Shown here piece by piece: positions 49,201-58,510 of a stretch of 64,000 bases of DNA. This DNA is from Eutreptiella sp. 'Long Island Sound 2002' (Eukaryota; Protista; Euglenida). The translations under genes were made by a program, and so were the position numbers. The stretch is taken from the NCBI GenBank assembly GCA_964036045.1, contig OZ038378.1, positions 7,998,001 through 8,062,000 of the forward strand, given 5' to 3'. A model generated the notes under the pieces. The model was given only the letters and a program-made list of their open reading frames with translations. It searched no databases and was not told where the DNA came from. Every line of letters begins with the position of its first letter. Position 1 is the first letter of the stretch.

Positions 49201-50011
49201 AGGCCGTGAGCAAATGGTTCTCGAACTCGTGGTAGGACATGGAGCAGTCCCCATTGATATCGATCTGCGAGCACATCGCAACAAAGATGTCGATGGAGCA
49301 CCCCGGGGGCAGCAGGTGAGCGGAGGGCCTCACAGGGGTACCGAGAGCTCCCAGGGAGCAGCACGGAGCAGCGGGAAACAGTAGGGCGGCCCGGGAGGTC
49401 GTAGGTTGCGGCCAAAGAGCAACAGGGAGGGCCGAGGGGAGCAACCTGCTGGTACAGCGCCTCCAAATCCAACCGCAGCTGCTGCTCCAGCACTGCAGTC
49501 CTCGGCAGATGGGAGGGCACAAACCCCATGATGAAGCTCACGAACTCTTCCTGCGTGACGCCCACGTTCCCGCGCTTCCGGAACTCGGCCCGCAGCTGTG
49601 CGAATTGCTCCGGGGACATAGTCTGCATCAGCTCCGTGGCAGTGATCTTCCCACTCTGCACAGTCTCGGAGAGGTGATCGATCAGCATCTTGGTTTTGAT
49701 GACCGGCCGGTCGACCGTTTTGCCGGCCTGCCAAGGCAGTGGAGAGGGCAATGGGGACAATACTGGGGCCATTGGGTACAGTACAGCGCGACATAGGCGG
49801 TGGTATGGCACAGTACAGCGGGGCATCGGGCACAGTGCACAGGGCATTGAGCACCGTGCGCTGTGCATCGGTATTGCGGCTACAACACACAGGACATGGT
49901 ACAGCAGGCAATGCGTACCTTCGGCGCGTTTCTCCAGTCCGGGCTGCACCCCAGGCCTCGGCGTTCTGAGGCATGCTTTTCCAGGCGCCGCTCAGACCTT
50001 TCACGCTTCAT
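29372..50011 (-). CDS. EF-hand plus WD40-repeat protein with long low-complexity tail (WDR49/EFCAB8/WDY-like architecture); 13-exon model, ~1866 aa
   Basis: GT-AG exon chain: 50011-49919, 49727-49446, 49264-48974, 48207-47533, 47046-46777, 45123-44905, 43770-43513, 41804-41667, 40037-39702, 37460-37170, 35163-34534, 32951-32674, 31211-29372. Total 5601 nt, open frame. EF-hand DINGDCSMSYHEF; many WD repeats. Exons 2-10 are firm; the start and the linkage of exons 11-13 are less certain. Confidence 0.8.
32674..32951 (-). CDS. WD40 gene exon 12 (tentative)
   Basis: CACAG|AAC acceptor; NPSRSYFTVRSAPS...FTSPR with very high GC3; phase-2 donor AG|GTACAT (alternative AG|GTGCCT, exon end 32644). Confidence 0.6.
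34534..35163 (-). CDS. WD40 gene exon 11 (low-complexity tail)
   Basis: CCGCAG|GAC acceptor; high GC at third codon positions; CAG|GTGTGC donor; 630 nt. Confidence 0.75.
37170..37460 (-). CDS. WD40 gene exon 10
   Basis: GTCAG|GTT acceptor; TLTTAQSDGSIFLWTLKG; CAG|GTGCTT donor; 291 nt. The frame stays open ~60 codons beyond the donor, so the 3' edge is uncertain. Confidence 0.8.
38760..39140. repeat. Degenerate (TTG/TGG)n and CA/TG-rich simple repeats in intron 9
   Basis: Visible TTGTTG/GTTGGT runs followed by ACAC/TGCA-rich runs. Confidence 0.8.
39702..40037 (-). CDS. WD40 gene exon 9
   Basis: CTTCAG|GTG acceptor; FAVADNTGLITLWS, LYCVDDSGYVSAWQM; GAG|GTCCCC donor; 336 nt. Confidence 0.88.
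40791..41542. mobile_element. MITE family M2 copy 2 (in intron 8)
   Basis: Ends CATGGCGTTACTT (degenerate) / AAGCAAGGCCCTG. Shares GTCATGTTGTC, GGACCGGGGAGC.GAAATAC and TTCCCAAAACCCAGG blocks with 24539-25308. Confidence 0.7.
41667..41804 (-). CDS. WD40 gene exon 8
   Basis: CTCAG|GTG acceptor; VHGKCMANTPPG...YISSVQ; CAG|GTGCTG donor; 138 nt, frame-preserving. Confidence 0.72.
42026..42230 (-). mobile_element. 205-bp MITE, family M1 (in intron 7)
   Basis: Perfect 12-bp TIR CAGGGCTTCTTT / AAAGAAGCCCTG, with G-runs on both flanks (compatible with an 8-bp TSD). The interior is the reverse complement of 46499-46724. Confidence 0.88.
43513..43770 (-). CDS. WD40 gene exon 7
   Basis: TTTTCAG|GTC acceptor; HKSEVTFLHYLPSHSVIVSAGWDGFVHV; CAG|GTGCTG donor; 258 nt. 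Confidence 0.9.
44905..45123 (-). CDS. WD40 gene exon 6
   Basis: CCCAG|GTC acceptor; VCLYNPQNQTFMTATASDVKQWDAATG; GAG|GTCGAC donor; 219 nt. Confidence 0.9.
46499..46724 (+). mobile_element. 226-bp MITE, family M1 (in intron 5)
   Basis: Perfect 10-bp TIR CAGGGCGTCT / AGACGCCCTG; core CCCAGACCAAAGTGACCATCGTGGG...AAATTTACAAT.GGGAAAATCTGGT; flanks CCCTTTGG and CCCGATGC (5/8 identical). Confidence 0.88.
46777..47046 (-). CDS. WD40 gene exon 5
   Basis: CGCAG|GTG acceptor; VISSDTSGMIKVWDVR...AHRDGVQ; CAG|GTGGCC donor; 270 nt. Confidence 0.92.
47533..48207 (-). CDS. WD40 gene exon 4
   Basis: CACAG|GCC acceptor; several WD repeats (HDDAVTKL..LLTAGLDAGIRM, HNKGVFSMAYSQEYSLLISAGFE); CAG|GTTGCG donor; 675 nt. 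Confidence 0.92.
48974..49264 (-). CDS. WD40 gene exon 3 (EF-hand)
   Basis: CGCAG|ATC acceptor; IDINGDCSMSYHEFENHL; CAG|GTGCAC donor; 291 nt. Confidence 0.9.
49446..49727 (-). CDS. WD40 gene exon 2
   Basis: GGCAG|GCC acceptor; AGKTVDRP...EEFVSFIM...LEALYQQ; CAG|GTTGCT donor; 282 nt. Confidence 0.88.
49919..50011 (-). CDS. WD40 gene exon 1 (tentative start)
   Basis: MKRERSERRLEKHASERRGLGCSPDWRNAPK, then AAG|GTACGC donor; phase 0 into exon 2. Confidence 0.55.
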
Positions 50012-50561
50012 CGGACCTCTCTCTAATTGCCTTTGCTGCAGGTCACTTTAACTTGTTCAAAGGCCATAAAGCATTTATTGCCGTGGATTCGCTGTCAGCC
50101 GTGAGGGGCATCGCATCACGCACACATTTGGATGCGCATCAACGACGTCAGAATATCTGATGTCAGCCGGGGAAAAGCATTGGATCTGAAGCGAGAGCAT
50201 CACAGCAGAAGAAAGAAAGGTCCTCCGCAACACATGGCTCCTCAAGGGCGCCCTGTTACGACCTAGTTACTGGTGTGTATGCGCGATGCTCCATTTGACT
50301 GCTTGTTTTCTGTTCCGTCCTCAGAAAAGCTAACCGTATGCACTCACACCATGTGACATGTGTTTGCGGGTAGTGGTGGACATTCCGTTCCACATTTGTG
50401 CAGATTGCCCGGCGGGCGCCCAGCGCGCTACCTTCGTAGTAAGTATCCTGGCTCTAGCCCCAAGTGTATCCTCACCTAGGGAAGTCCCCCAAGTAGACCG
50501 CACTGGACCACAAACCTTCCCCGCAAGGCACCTTTCATAAGCCGAAATATGAGAAATCAAT

Positions 50562-50586
50562 AACACAAAATGTCACTCAGAATGTG
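50562..50586 (-). other. Possible older SL relic ~550 bp upstream of WD40 exon 1
   Basis: Minus strand CACATTCTGAGTGACATTTTGTGTT vs SL CACTTTCTGAGTGTCTATTTTTTTT. Confidence 0.5.
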
Positions 50587-50670
50587 CTTAACAAATAACA
50601 TTATTCCCACAAGTGTGGATGTCAATACATTCAGAACAATAGCGCTCCTTACACTCACCACAAACTCCCT

Positions 50671-50841
50671 AACCCCTGCCTTCTGGGGGGTCCCAGTAAA
50701 AGGGGACAAAATCAGAAGTGGCTACATCACCCCTGCCTTATCGGGGGCCCAAAAATGGGCGGATCCCCTGCCTTCTCGGGGATCCCCAATAGAAGGGGAC
50801 AAATTCAGAAGGGGCTACATCACCCCTGCGTTCTTGGGGGC
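50671..50841. repeat. Tandem ~95-bp repeat units
   Basis: AAGGGGACAAA.TCAGAAG.GGCTACATCACCCCTGC occurs twice; ACCCCTGCCTT-like block four times. Confidence 0.8.
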
Positions 50842-52155
50842 AGATACGTTGGTGAGGGGGGGGGGGGGGACAGGCAGGGGTGGGGAATGGTCCAAAAAAG
50901 ATGCCCAGTGCGCTAATACTCCCCCCAGAGCCCCTTAGACAATTGGAAGGCGGATGTGTGTGAAGTGACAATCCACCTCAGATACTCTCACGGATACATT
51001 TCTGAGTGCATGGAAAGCTGCTAGGCACTGATCCTCAACGAATTTCAGGATGGCAACTGGACGATTGAGTTTGATCAGGGTTGGTACAGTAACTTGAGGG
51101 TCATTGTGGGCTGGTGAGGGTTGATCCAGGTTTACGAGGGCTGTCCATGCCTACCGAAGAAACTTGTGTACTAACATCATGTGGTGGCAGTGGATTCTTT
51201 TTTTTCTCCTTAATCTACAACACAGCCCAGTAGCGGCGTAGCACAGATTCCATCGACACCACACACAGGCAGCTGGACTCCAGGGAGAAGTCTGACTTGT
51301 GCCCCACTTGTCATGAGTTAATGTCACTTCCATGTGAACAGCAACCACACCGATACATCCTGGCCGCTGATGCAAAGATACAAACGGAAGTAAGAGCGTG
51401 CACGCACACACACACACAGCAGTGATGGAGTGAGGCGGGAAGCAATGGACACAGACTCAGAGTTCTCACCGGCGTGCACCATGCTGGAGCTGTCCCCGGT
51501 TTGGTGAGCGACGTATACCAGAGGATTACACCGGGATTGATTCAGGTTTACATTTGCCCAATTTGACCATGGAGGGGGATCAAAAATTTTCCCTGGCGTG
51601 CACCACGTTTGCTGGGTCACTGGTGCGAGACAATGACGACTCGATGGATTGCAGCACTGATCCAATTGAATTGAGAGCAATGAAGGCCGTGAGATGCCAG
51701 GCGCCAGCCGGAGCTGAGTGGTGGGTCCACATGTGACCTATAGATGCCCACTGTTATAGCTGTTGGCCATGACCATCATCAATATCTCATGCCAACAATC
51801 CTGATATCAATTACAATTCCCCCAAGCAAGCAGATACTGCAACCTGTATTGAAGCAATTGCAAGGCGAACGATTGCTGGCCATTGCATACTCTTGTTTAG
51901 CTTGTCCTTTTCACTCAACTTTACCAACAAGCAACAAGCCGTACCATCCCAGTTGGGATTGCCCCATTGATACCTAGGGGAAGGTGCTTTTGTAACATTT
52001 GTGAACCCATTTTGTTTGTCCCAAGTCTCTATTCTTTACCTCAAATTGGCTCCAACAATTTACAAAACAACAATGGTTTTCTGATATCAACTTCTTAGCC
52101 CCACCAGCAGTTTGAGAACGTAGGATGGCATGGCACTAAATTGTGTTTTTGGCAT

Positions 52156-52900
52156 TACCGTGCGAATTCTAAAGTTTCGCGGAATCCTAATTTTTGTGTT
52201 GGGTGTTTTGAATTAATAATAAGCAAAAATTTTGCGGCAGCATCCAAAATGGGCAAAAATGGGCAAAAAAAAATTTTCTTGCGATTTTTTTTGTGGAACC
52301 CATTTTTGCGTAGGGTGTTGGGCCAAAAAAAATTTGCAGTTTTTTTTTGGGGTTTTGGGGATTGGGGTTGATTCCTTTTGTTGCTACTGCAAGAAACCGT
52401 GCGTACCTTGGACTCTGGGATTGCAGTCCATTCCTACACAGGCATACAAATGTCCATTGCAGTCCATAGCACAGATAAGCACCAACAAGCATGGTTCAGG
52501 TCTACCAGTTTTTCAACAAACCAGTTCCAAATATCCATGTCCCAAACTAGCCCCTTTATCTGCTTTGGGGCACATCAACAGCCACATTCCACTATTTTAA
52601 CACTTGTGACATTCCCGGATGCATCATTCTCTGAAAGCAAAGCAAGGTGCAGAACGGGGCATGAGACACGGAAGAGGGGGACAACAAGCAGTTGGGCAAA
52701 CTCTCCCGCGATTCTGGCATTCTTGCAAAAAGGGGGCAGGGGCAAAAATTATTTTATTTTTGCGATTCTTTTTGCGGAACCCGTTTTTGCGTAAGGCATG
52801 AAGCCAATAATTAATTTTTTTTCTGCGTTTTTTTTTCCGGACAACAACACCTTGTGCCAGGAATTAATTATTTTCACAAATCTTTAGAATTCGCACGGTA
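52156..52900. mobile_element. Tc1/mariner(pogo)-type MITE, ~741 bp plus TA duplication
   Basis: Perfect inverted ends TA-CCGTGCGAATTCTAAAG ... CTTTAGAATTCGCACGG-TA; internal subterminal repeat TTTGCGATT.TTTTTG.GGAACCC.TTTTTGCGTA occurs twice. Confidence 0.88.
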
Positions 52901-55110
52901 TCAACTTCAGTTTTTGCAACAATCTCCAGAATGACCAGCCATTCACTCACTTTCATTGTCTATAGCGTGCAGCCTGGGCTTACTCGTGCACCCTGAACCC
53001 AAAATCGGTGTGAATTGTGCGCAAAAGAAAACAACATCAGGGAAATCCACCAGCCCATAATGGTACACACATTGCAGCAAGAAAGCTTCTTGAAACATCT
53101 GCCTGCATCCAGTGACATTGGATTGAATCGCGTGCCCTGTCAGATCACGCACTCCTGATCCTGTCTCAAATGGGAAGGGGGTTGTGTGAGACACGAAGCA
53201 TAACAATCGGAACTAGTAATTGAAAAGACCCCCTCTGTCGGCTCACTGCAGAGGGCTCGTTCAACATTCCAGCACAGCACCAATTGTTGGAACCACATTT
53301 GCGGCAAAATGCTGGAGTCAAGCAAATGGGGGCAGTCATGATAACCCCATGGCCGCCCAGCAATGACACACTTGAGATCTGGGAAACACTTTTTGGGACA
53401 ATGGGGCTGTGCTTGTCACGAGCACCGTGATAAATTCTCAATGAAATCCACATACCCCAGCTGTAGGGGATTGGCATGATGCGACGTGCTCCAAATCATC
53501 ATTATTTACAACCAAGGAAGCATGTAAGAAGCTAAGATCTGGATTGCTCTTACTGTGGCTACTGGGTTAGGGTTGGCAGCAAAGGCTTGAGTAGCACTGT
53601 GGATCTCACAGAGTGTAGTGTGCGAGTGGTATGCTTGCAAGGATAACAGGTCAGGGCCCATGTGCATGTCATTGACGTAAATGGAAATGGTCCTAGAAAT
53701 TTTGTTTGGTTCAGACTCTGGCAAGCTGGCAAAGCCCCTTTGCCAGGCGGTACTCGAGAGAGTTCTCGGAACAAGGGATCAGAGCAGTCCAGTGCTACGA
53801 TTGTCCCAAGGCTCAGTGTGGTCGTGGACATGACACGTAGGTAGGGCGTGCTAAATCTGAAACCAGAAGATGCAGCGGGAACTGCCACTCCCGTAGGCAT
53901 CCCAAGGTGCTACTGGAGTAAATAGAAATGGTGATAGAAATGTACCACACCAACCGAAAACGAATTGTAGAGAAATGAGGTGTGCTCAGTGTTACATGCC
54001 AAGTACCAAATTGTGCTAATACCATCTGCAGTTGGTGGGCTAAATGACGGAATGCCGTGCACATTCCTCGGTGGAGCAAGCGCTGGGGACCACTGACTGC
54101 CAGCTTAAGGCACAATTCAGGTCAGGGTATGAAGTGTGAGTGCATTCTTTAGTACGGCAAGCATCTGTGCAACAGTGATTCCAAGCAAAGTTTACCAGAG
54201 GTCGGAGTTTCACACCAGCAAACTTGCTGCCACGAGCACAGTTGCCACATCAGTGAGCTGATTGGCATCCTTGTGCCCCCACAACAACGCTGGAAAAGGC
54301 TTCTGCCTGGCAAGAACTCGAATCAGCCAACAGCAAACACACAGTGCAGAATCCATGGATGCCGGGCCCTGCCTGAGTCATAAGGCATGGAAACTGCTGC
54401 CACACCAGTGACTGCATGCATGGGTTGGGACGGCTGTGCTGCATAGATAGGGCTCCATCGGAGTGCAAGGTATCCCAAATGCTGAGAACCCTTCAGCCCA
54501 GAGAAAAAAGCTTGCCCACTGCTGTCCTTCCCCCCCCTTGACCAGGATACGCCTACGTCCCAAGTTACTACGTTGGGGGTGGCTCCTGGTTGGCTCCGGA
54601 TGTGGTCTTGTGTGTCATCAGTGCGAAAAGGATATCGAAATGAGGACTGATCATCATTCAGATGGAATTGAGCACTGGGGCAATGCCAACTCCCGCGCAG
54701 TCCTCATGCCAAATGTTCCATGAGGTCAGGGTTAGATGGAGGGTTCCGACGCAAGGGTGTCCCCAAACGACAGAACAGGGCCGCACTCATCGCTGCCTGT
54801 CCACGCGGTGGTGCAACGTTCACGGGACCAACGCGCTTCAAGCGGGCACAAAGCACCACCAAAGTCCTGACGTAATCCGTCCCTCAACACATCACCCCCC
54901 ACCCCTTGCGCAATAACAGCCACGGTTCAAACGAAATGCCGTTGCACGATGCGTGCACGATGCGTGCACATGCGGTAAAACCCACCAGATGTGCGTCATC
55001 CTCGTCCGGAACAAACTCATGGCGTCGCAATTCCGCGCACATCAGTCTGTACATTGGGTCCAGGCCATTGCCTAGTGACCCCCCTCCGTTTGGGGCATCG
55101 CCAGCCCCGG

Positions 55111-55255
55111 CCGACACACCCACCCACATCAGAAAATCATTTCCCCGGAAAAAAATGAAATGTATTCAAGAGACCGGAAATTTGAAGCCAATTTTAAGTA
55201 CACAACTCTTTTTTTTCCCTCTGAACCCCCCCCCCCAGGGGGAGGGTGTCCGCCA
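55111..55255 (+). repeat. Interspersed repeat (ACCCACCCACAT.AGAAA family)
   Basis: CGACACACCCACCCACATCAGAAAATCATTTCCCCGGAAAAAAATGAAAT is similar to the minus-strand copy beginning at 57945. Confidence 0.6.
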
Positions 55256-55877
55256 CACCAACCAACAGCCTGATTGAGCAATCCTCGTAGTATGGGCTCC
55301 AATCCTCAAACAACACATGCACCGCGGGGGTTGTCCCGAGTTCTTGGGGGTTGTGGAAAAGCCCCGAAACAAGGCTTCAAATATTCGCACGCATACACAA
55401 CACTTTGCACTGCGGGCGCACTGCGTAAACAGCATTCCCAAAGAGCCACAGAAGACAATAATGGTCCCACGCAGTCACTCCCAGGAGATGTTCCATTAAG
55501 GCTGGTGTGTTTGGGGGGGGGGGGAGGCTTCATGGTTGGGTACCGTGTTCCACAACCGGGTGTCCAGAGCGGTCTTTTGTAAGACCTGCCATTGTCGATC
55601 GACGTGATTTGTGTGCGGGTGGGGGAGGGGGGAGGTGCAGTTTTGCAGATGAGAGTGGAGTATTTGTCACACTGCTCGGGGAGGGTTGGTGGGGGCGGGG
55701 GGTGTAAATGCAAAACAAGCAAAGCTGATGTACACCGCGACCGCGGAGCACAGTAGTGTTCTTGTACAGGCGGCACAAAGACTGCAGAGAGAGCGCGCAG
55801 GGCGGTACAAAAGACATGTCACGTGTGAGGGCAGAGGGGGCCGACCGGCCTGAAGGCACTCGGCATCCACGTGCATC

Positions 55878-56443
55878 TCATCTGAACCCGTGCAAAGCGT
55901 GGCAATAGTCCTCGGCGTCCTCTTCCACATCGTCTACAAGTGCGGCGTACGCCGGAGGCAGCTCTTCCGCCGCCAAAGCCCCCCTATCATATCCCACAGG
56001 CACGTCATGATATGCGGATCTACGCCGGCTCCCGTAGCCCGCGGAGTCCGCCGTCTCGTACTGCGGCAGGGACACGAGGGCCTCAACGCGCGACGGCCTT
56101 GGCACGCCGTAGGGCCTTCCGTACCCATCCGCGACGCACGGTGGCCCAAGGTCGTCGTCGTCGTGGTCGTACAGGGGGGCGGCCTGGGGGCGTGGGGGCC
56201 AGGGGTCACCACATGCACTGCCCTCCTCACGCCCCACGGCGTAGGCCGACCGCGCGAAAGGCATCAGCGGGGGGGACGAAGCCCAAGTCGTTTGGGCTCG
56301 TGAGGGTGTGGGGCGGGGGGCGGGCGGGGCGCCCGCGAGGGCGGTGGGCGGTCGACTGCTGCTTGCTTCATCGGCTGCAGCAGGGGCCCCCGAGGGCTTT
56401 GCTTTCTTCTTCGGATCGTCGCGAGGGATAACGTAGTAGAATC
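55878..56443 (-). CDS. Exon 2 of a hypothetical protein with an SRI-like N-terminus
   Basis: TCGATAG|GA phase-1 acceptor; GC-rich coding-like frame FYYVIPRDDPKKKAKP...; TGA at 55878-55880. A further downstream exon is not excluded. Confidence 0.72.
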
Positions 56444-57679
56444 CTATCGAGAGGATGCCACACGGGAGCGTGGAAAGGGGCTGGCGGACGGATGCAATGG
56501 CGCGTGCGGAGACGGGTCTCGTCCTCATGCCGTGTGCAAAGGCAAATCAAGGCTGGATTTGGAGGAAGGGTCCGAATACGGAAGGAATACGTAAATAAGG
56601 CCCAGCTGCGAAGGGGTTTGGTCAAAGTTAGGGGCCGGACAACTGCACCGAAAGTTGCACCCGGTGTGACGACACCCGGTGTGGTTTGGGGTGAGGGCGC
56701 ACATCTATGCGCAACACTGCCCAAGACAAGGCCAAGTGGCATGGGCATCTTGCAGATCGTGTCCCTCATCATGTTGACATCCAAGAGGTAGGGGTGAGGG
56801 GGTTGGTCCAGCATGGCAAACCCCCACCCAGCTATCCAAGCCAAACCACGCCAAACATGCCGCTTGCTGGGGCTGCCAAAGAAATGGAAACCCTAGGTTC
56901 CACGGTTGGTGTGGTTTCAGTGGTTTCAGTCGGCATTGGGTGGCGGGGGGTTCAAAGGGGTCCCTTAAGTTACGGTGGATATAGGACTGGTCGGCAAACT
57001 AAGAATACTGTGCTGACGGTAATGTTTCGGGGAACGCTCATTTTGCGCACTTTCGAGCAATTTGAAAGAGTATTATTCAATTTCTGCGACGCCACTGAAA
57101 AGCAAAAAAAAATCCGATTTTTTTTCAAACGTCAATTTTTTCTAATTTTTATTTTCAATTTTTGTGTTGGGATTTGGACAAAAAAAGCAGCACAAAATTT
57201 TTTTTCTTTCGTGCTGCGTGGATGCTGGTACTTCTTGTTGCGCCTTGGCTGGATGCTGTCAATTCTTGGTGTAGTGCTGCATCTTTCTTAAAGGGGTACG
57301 GATGCGCAGGTTGATCTGGGTCACTCGCAGCTGCGATGCAACTCTCTTGACCAGGGAAGGGCAGGAAACAACGCCCCGGGTTGGCACATGGCTCTCTCCT
57401 TCAGCAAAACTGGGCTCCAGAGGCCAGCCAGATCTTGGCAGAGCGACTGGGAGGTATCGGGGTGCTGAACATAGCTGCAGTCGGTGATAGGAGGTGGGTT
57501 AGGGCGCAGCATAAGCCGCCGACTCAGTCCCTCTTGGGACTGTGGGGACATTTTTGATAACTATTTTGGACTGTCCGTTGCCAATGAGGCAATGAGCCAC
57601 TCTCACCTTCGTCCCCTAGTTCATCAAAGCTTGGAGGTCAGTACTCGCTGTTTGGGAAACGTGTAGGTTTTTCCCTTTA

Positions 57680-57945
57680 AGGCCTGCCCCCCCCCCAACC
57701 ACGTCCCCTTGAGCCTTGAGTACCCGGAAACGCCTGGAAAGGGTTCGAAGGGCACCCCCCCCCCCAGGGCACAACTCAATATTCCACCCCCAGGGTCCAC
57801 GCAGACCATTGCTTAGCCACTTCTGGGCGTTCCGGGCCTTTTGGGTGGGTGGATGGTCAGGCCAGAGGGCCGACGGCTTTGGTAATTTCATTTTCCCCTT
57901 GAGAAGCTTTCTCATGTGGGTGGGTGGGTGGGTGGGTAAGTCGAC
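57680..57945 (-). repeat. Interspersed repeat starting at the 5' splice site of the SRI-like gene intron
   Basis: GTCGACTTACCCACCCACCCACCCACCCACATGAGAAAG...GAAAATGAAATT, homologous to 55111-55165. Confidence 0.55.
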
Positions 57946-58231
57946 CCGGATCAGCCAGGTCAGAATCCACACCATTCTCTTGCTTTTCGATCTCTTCGAC
58001 CTTTCGCATGATGTCCATCACATGACTCACGTTGGACAGGCACTTCAGATCATCCATGTCACGGTCCGTGGGGTAGGCCTCGCGAATCTGGGTAGCGATG
58101 GCAGGCCACGTCTTTTTCCAAGCTTTCTTTGTGAGCTCCCGGCGGAACTTCGTGTTTTCGCGCACGTATGGCTTAAGCCACTGCAGGACACGCAGCTTGC
58201 ACTTGCGATTTTCACTGTTGGCGGCCACCAT
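57946..58231 (-). CDS. Exon 1 of a hypothetical ~283-aa protein; basic helical domain resembling SRI (Set2-Rpb1 interacting)
   Basis: ATG at 58231 after a pyrimidine tract and CCCCAG. RVLQWLKPYVRENTKFRRELTKKAWKK resembles SRI V..L.PY/F...K....K. Phase-1 donor G|GTCGAC joins exon 2 to give DLADPGFYYV. Confidence 0.65.
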
Positions 58232-58327
58232 AGAAGAGGGCAAAGCTGGGGTGAAGGCAAGAGAGTGATTGCTAAAGGAGCAACCGATCAAGGCTGGTGC
58301 AGCCTCGAGCTTGCAGGATTAACCCCG

Positions 58328-58367
<40 letters not shown>

Positions 58368-58510
58368 GCAAGAACAACAACAACAACAACAACAACACCA
58401 ACACCAACACCAACACCAACACCAAAACCAACACCAACGACAACAAGAACATCATCATCAACAATATCAACAACAACAACAACAACAACAACAATAACAA
58501 CAACAACAAC
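58328..58510. repeat. (AAC)n microsatellite with (AACACC)n interruption
   Basis: Directly visible; it produces the poly-N/Q/L artefact ORFs. Confidence 0.97.

Noticed and set aside
54884-55080. Exon-like segment DPMYRLMCAELRRHEFVPDEDDAHL downstream of the SRI-like gene
   Set aside because: No phase-compatible donor was found in the upstream exon; needs RNA evidence.
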